DNA of 64,000 nucleotides from Convolutriloba macropyga (lineage: Eukaryota), in assembly GCF_964194025.1 (NCBI RefSeq), contig NC_134479.1, positions 34,596,001 to 34,660,000 of the forward strand. Reading direction: 5' to 3'. Position 1 is the first letter of the stretch; each line of letters begins with the position of its first letter. The translations under genes were made by a program, and so were the position numbers. Under the pieces are notes generated by a model. That model was not told the DNA's origin, made no database searches, and was given only the letters and a program-made list of their open reading frames with translations. Positions 59,291 to 64,000 of this stretch are shown here, piece after piece.

Positions 59291-60259
59291 TTCTCTTTAT
59301 TTGATGTTACTTTTTGCCATTCGGTCTTCATATCTGGACGTCTTAAATTAAATTTGAATAAGAGCGCAATTAAAATGAAAAGCCTAAATTGACAACAAAT
59401 TGATTTCAAATATGAATAAAACTCTCAACCGTTTTCATTTCATAGGTACAAATAGAGGTATGTAAAGGAACCAATTTCCTTAGAACTGTTTCTCCCCCAT
59501 GCGCACTTTCCTTCCTCCACATACCTTACCGTCCTCCAAAACTTTTTCATTTCTTGATCTCCATTCCCCCGACTTATTTCTTTTGATGCACTTTATATTT
59601 GTTGGCATTCAAGTCAGAAGTGGTTGGCATTCACTTCCAATATTATTTATAGTAAGGGATTTCCTGTTCTGACCATAACTTGTGTGACAAAGGCCCGAAA
59701 TGTAATCTATATATGGTACTTAATTTGCTACCATGAGTGTGACTCTCAGAAATAAAAATATTGTTGAACAGTTGTCTTGGTATGCAAGACTTAGTCTGAA
59801 GAGCTTCAAAAATTATAGCGTAGAGAATCAAAAACAGACCTGGAAACTTGCTTGACTCACACTGGGGAATTTTGTTTTTATAAAGGGGAAACCTAGATAT
59901 TTGTCACTTTAGCACTTTTTATGCTCTGGTTTTAGTAACTTCAAAAATTTATAATAAATACATTTCACTCACAAAAAGTCCTGCTGACTTTTAAGCTGTT
60001 CCTAGAGGTGAAACTGAGATGAGAGTTCCCATGAGAAGAATGCTTGCGTGTTGTATGCCTGGTCACGAAAGATGGTCTAGCCTTACTTGCAGATTTGAAT
60101 GTCTCATTTCGAGGGCCAGATTTTAATAGGCGTCTAGGCATCATTGGATCAATATAGTTCTCTCTAAATCCACCTTATTTTTGAAAGAAAGGAGTAGATC
60201 CTCATCTAATTTCAAATTAAATCCACCACTAACACACACATTGACTTATTATTATTATT

Positions 60260-63200
60260 AGTTGCAGGGCCTGATATGCCCTTGCTACAGTACGGATTAG
60301 AGGAACGTGAAGCTATCAACCCTCTGGTGTCAATAGACACACACACACACATTAACCGCAATAGTTAGCAAACACAAATTAGGGTGCTTTCAGTTGTGCT
60401 CTAAAAACAAATAGGCAACCGGACAAACGCCTCTTACTTATCTCTAATTGTACGAATCTCACTGATAGGTTAAAAACTTAATTCTATAGAACATCTGATT
60501 TGTCAAGCATCACATCTGTTTGAAACATCACTGATTAGTGATAGCGACAAGCACAAACATAGCAGAATGACAAGCACTGACATAACTCAATGAAAAGCGT
60601 TAGGTAAGAACAAAAGGCAACAGCTTTTTAATAATTTAATTAACATGACAAAATTAAGAATAGGGCTGTTACAAGGAAACATGCCCAGTTAACACAGTTA
60701 ACAAGCCAAACAAGTCCAAAGCTCTATCAACAGCAAACAACAGCCTCAAGGAACAATTTCAGCTAAAGGCGATAGAGTGGAACGCAGGAATAGACCTCTT
60801 CGAACAACAAAGCAATAGTAACTGAGGTCTAACCATACTACACGAAACTTTGGTACCCTTTAGGTCACAGAAAGAGCGCTTAGCAGAAGTTGCTGTAAAG
60901 TAATGAAGCTACACTTTATAGTGATGAGTTGTCAAAACTTGCTAATCAATTATTGCCGAATGAAAGAAAACCATGCTGAAATGTAAACAGAGAGCTAAAG
61001 CACATAGAACGGACGCATGTGACACTGAATCTGCTCTACGCGCATCAAAAGCGCCTGGCCTAATCTACAGAGAAAACAGGTGACATTTGCGCAATAGGGC
61101 AAGGAAACAACAGTTTGCAAGCCGCAACAATCAGGAGACTAACACAGCTTTCTCGTCCGACTCAGAGGACCCTGATAATTCTAGCCCATTCTGATCATTG
61201 AAGAGAGAGAACGGAACAGTGTCTCTCAGGGGTAATGAAAATAGATAAAGTTGACAAAAATCATGTTGATTGAGAGCAGAGAACCATATTCGAGAACGAG
61301 AAGAGCCGACATGAAAGTGAGGACAGCAGAGCAAGGCAATCTCAACAACCAGATTCCTTTCACAATAATAGACAAACTGGTCCGAACATGAGCCATAGGT
61401 ACAGACCCCAAAACAATCAACAACCACCGGGCAATTTTTCCGGATCTGATGGAAACTAAAACAACGGCTAGAACAACAATCCACACAATTGCTTCCGGAG
61501 TTTGCCTAAGATATCAATTGACATTTTCCCAGGTGATGATGTGAAAATACATCAGTGTTCTAGCATCTTCGAAGCAACTCTTCACAACAACAACAATGAC
61601 ATACCTTCGAAACTTTGTAGCACATTAAGCAAGAGAATTCATAAATGGAAACTCCTACAATGGGGACTACTACCATGGAGCCATTGCTGAATTGACCAGG
61701 AAATTTGGCAAACCACAGCTATTTTCGTTGCATATCTGGTTAAATTGGAAAAGTGGTCTGAACCCAAATTGGACTAGCCAAACACTTTGGTGAGCTTTTC
61801 TTCTTTCTTGGTGAGACGTTCTTGGGGAGACAAAGCTGATCTCAAATCTTCAGAAGTCTTGAGAAGAGACAAACTGAACGCTACCATGATAATCAGATGG
61901 AATCATCACACAAGAAGCCCAGCTTTGTTACAACCTAACTTAACACACTTTCTTGATTGGATTGACTCATACGCAGAGGCATGCTGGGACATCTCCCCAA
62001 AACAAAATCAGATAACCAGAGTAAACAATTCTTCCAGAAGGGGGCCAACGGTTGCGTCACACCAACTCCGTGCACAAAACTACAACCTTGGTTGATGTCC
62101 CGGATGCTTAGAAACGTCAGTGTATGACCAACAGTTTTGTTTAGGGAAGTTCAATTCCTGCCCTACCTGCCTGAGAGCTCAGGAACAAGCCTAAGCCAAT
62201 CGAAAAAAAGGTGCCTTGTAGACAGATGGAGTGGCTTCCATCATTCTACACTCTATCGGACAGATGAAGGATGCAAGGCAGCAAAAACACAAAGAAACCA
62301 AGTGGGAACTGGTATCAAATCTCACGGAGCAATATTTTCAGAAACCACACGAAACACCAGTCAAATTATGGACGTAACTATAATCATTAAAACCAAAAGA
62401 AGCAGACTAGTTTAAACTTCCAACAACCGAATGGAAGCCAGAACAGACAAGGTAGATTCAAGAGCAGCACTTCATCAAGGGCCAATGGAATAAAAATTGG
62501 TTTTCAGCCAATTAAGAAGTAAAACAAAAGCAACAATAGGCATTAGAATTACATTCAACGGACTAGCCCAACAGCAGGCAATTACTACACAACAAAACTA
62601 AATTTGCAGCATCCAAAAGGAAACTTCTTGGATCAGACTTTTGATTAAAATTCAAGGAACACCAGGAACACTTTTCGACAGATATTCCTAAATTGAAACC
62701 TACGTGCTGCTGGACTGCGGCTGTGACAAGCCACATTTAACACAGAAGTTTGGCGATGCACTTCAAGTTCAACACCCCAAAGACATAATTCTACCAATAG
62801 CGTCATTTGATAGAAAACACTCAGTTAAAACAGCAGATGTCATGATTGTCACAGAGATTTTGTACAGCAGTTGTCCGTTGATCCGAATCCCTGTGTACGC
62901 AACAGGAATGGAAGAGTTTTCGATGCCAGGAGTTCAAATTGAAATGTTGAGTGAGATCTGCAGGGACCAATTTCACATCAAGAACAAATGTGTCCCAATA
63001 ATCAGGGACAAAGGGAAAGGAATACCGATCGGAGATGATGCAATCATGGAAACCGTTCTAAGACAGTTCACCTCTGGACATATTGGCAGCCCATACGGAG
63101 TCATTACTCTGCTTGTTTTGACACTGACAGGGCCCATTCCTCACAAGTAACCACAGAAGAGGGTGTGGCAATCAAGCACACAAGCTGAGCACTTTCCAAT

Positions 63201-64000
63201 CATATCAAAAGACGACAGGACGATCCAGTTTGAGATTGCTTTCAGTTTTTCTGGAGAATCGAGAGGGAGTGAACTTCAATCAGTGTTCTTCCAAGGGACA
63301 GTCCACAGATGATAAATAAGCTGTGTCCAATCTCAATGATACCATAAAACTCATTGGTGACTGATACCAGATTGGAGTTCCCTGGAAGAAAGACATCACA
63401 CTATTTAACAACTAATTCATGGCTAAATTTCAGTGCCAGGCTCTGCTACAGAGCTTGGAAGGGCTCAAAATTTGAGAGAGAGACGAAGAAACAATCAAAA
63501 AAGGTTTGAATTAAAACTAAACCACAACTGCGTACCCCAGTTGCAGACACTCTGTTTGATACTTTCCTCATCATCCAGTGATCAACAATTAAAAGAAGGA
63601 CAAAATCTGTAGAGTCACAAACAATGGTTCAAAATACAATGAAATTTTACTCAGTGATGCATTGCTGACAGGGTCGGATCTACTTTGCAGCATGCATGGC
63701 CCTCTTCTTCGTTTCAGACAGTACTCAGTAGTAGTCACAGTGAATATCGAGTCAATGGCTATATAGATTGGCGTCCACCTACAAGGCCAGGACAATCTAC
63801 GATTTTGTGGACAGAGGATGGCTGTGAAAAAAATCTTCAAATAAATCTTCAAAGTCTTATTGTCTCATATTTGAAGTGCAGAGGAGATCAAAACTGTTCT
63901 ACATACAGGAGGATTCATTTTGACAAAGTTCTTAAGCAACAAAACAACCGCGTTAGAAAACCTACTGGAAGAAGTCATGGCAGAAGTGAAGTATCAAAGG
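60260..64000 (+). mobile_element. decayed BEL/Pao LTR retrotransposon (runs off the window end)
   Basis: gag-like LPKISIDIFPGD, protease YVLLDCGC, RT region YQIGVPWK, LPHHPV, L.DALLTG.DL…LLRFRQ; many stops; LTR limits uncertain. Confidence 0.8.

Overview
AT-rich animal (invertebrate-like) genomic DNA with two assembly gaps. The window is dominated by one long + strand multi-exon gene. At least 18 phase-compatible exons between about 4863 and 54928 (about 1070 aa, 5' end not fully resolved) encode an NMDA-type ionotropic glutamate receptor subunit with GluN3-like motifs. It has atypical pore (F-L-H-T), gate (CYTANLASF) and ligand-pocket (YFDD) residues and at least one probable GC-AG intron. 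Introns and flanks are packed with mobile DNA: a near-full-length decayed L2/CR1-group LINE, a full-length Copia element (5-bp TSD, half-tRNA-iMet PBS, nonsense-inactivated), and a roughly 10 kb gag-only LTR element with very long LTRs nested in a CCC-ended (EnSpm/CMC-like) non-autonomous transposon. There is also a TIR element whose interior has expanded into a 1.8 kb satellite, a family of GG-ended poly-C/poly-G MITEs with 8-bp TSDs (Merlin-like), a CRE-clade non-LTR fragment and a decayed BEL/Pao element. Two small tandem duplications have copied splice sites of the receptor gene in frame. All family assignments come from reading motifs by eye; no database searches were run.
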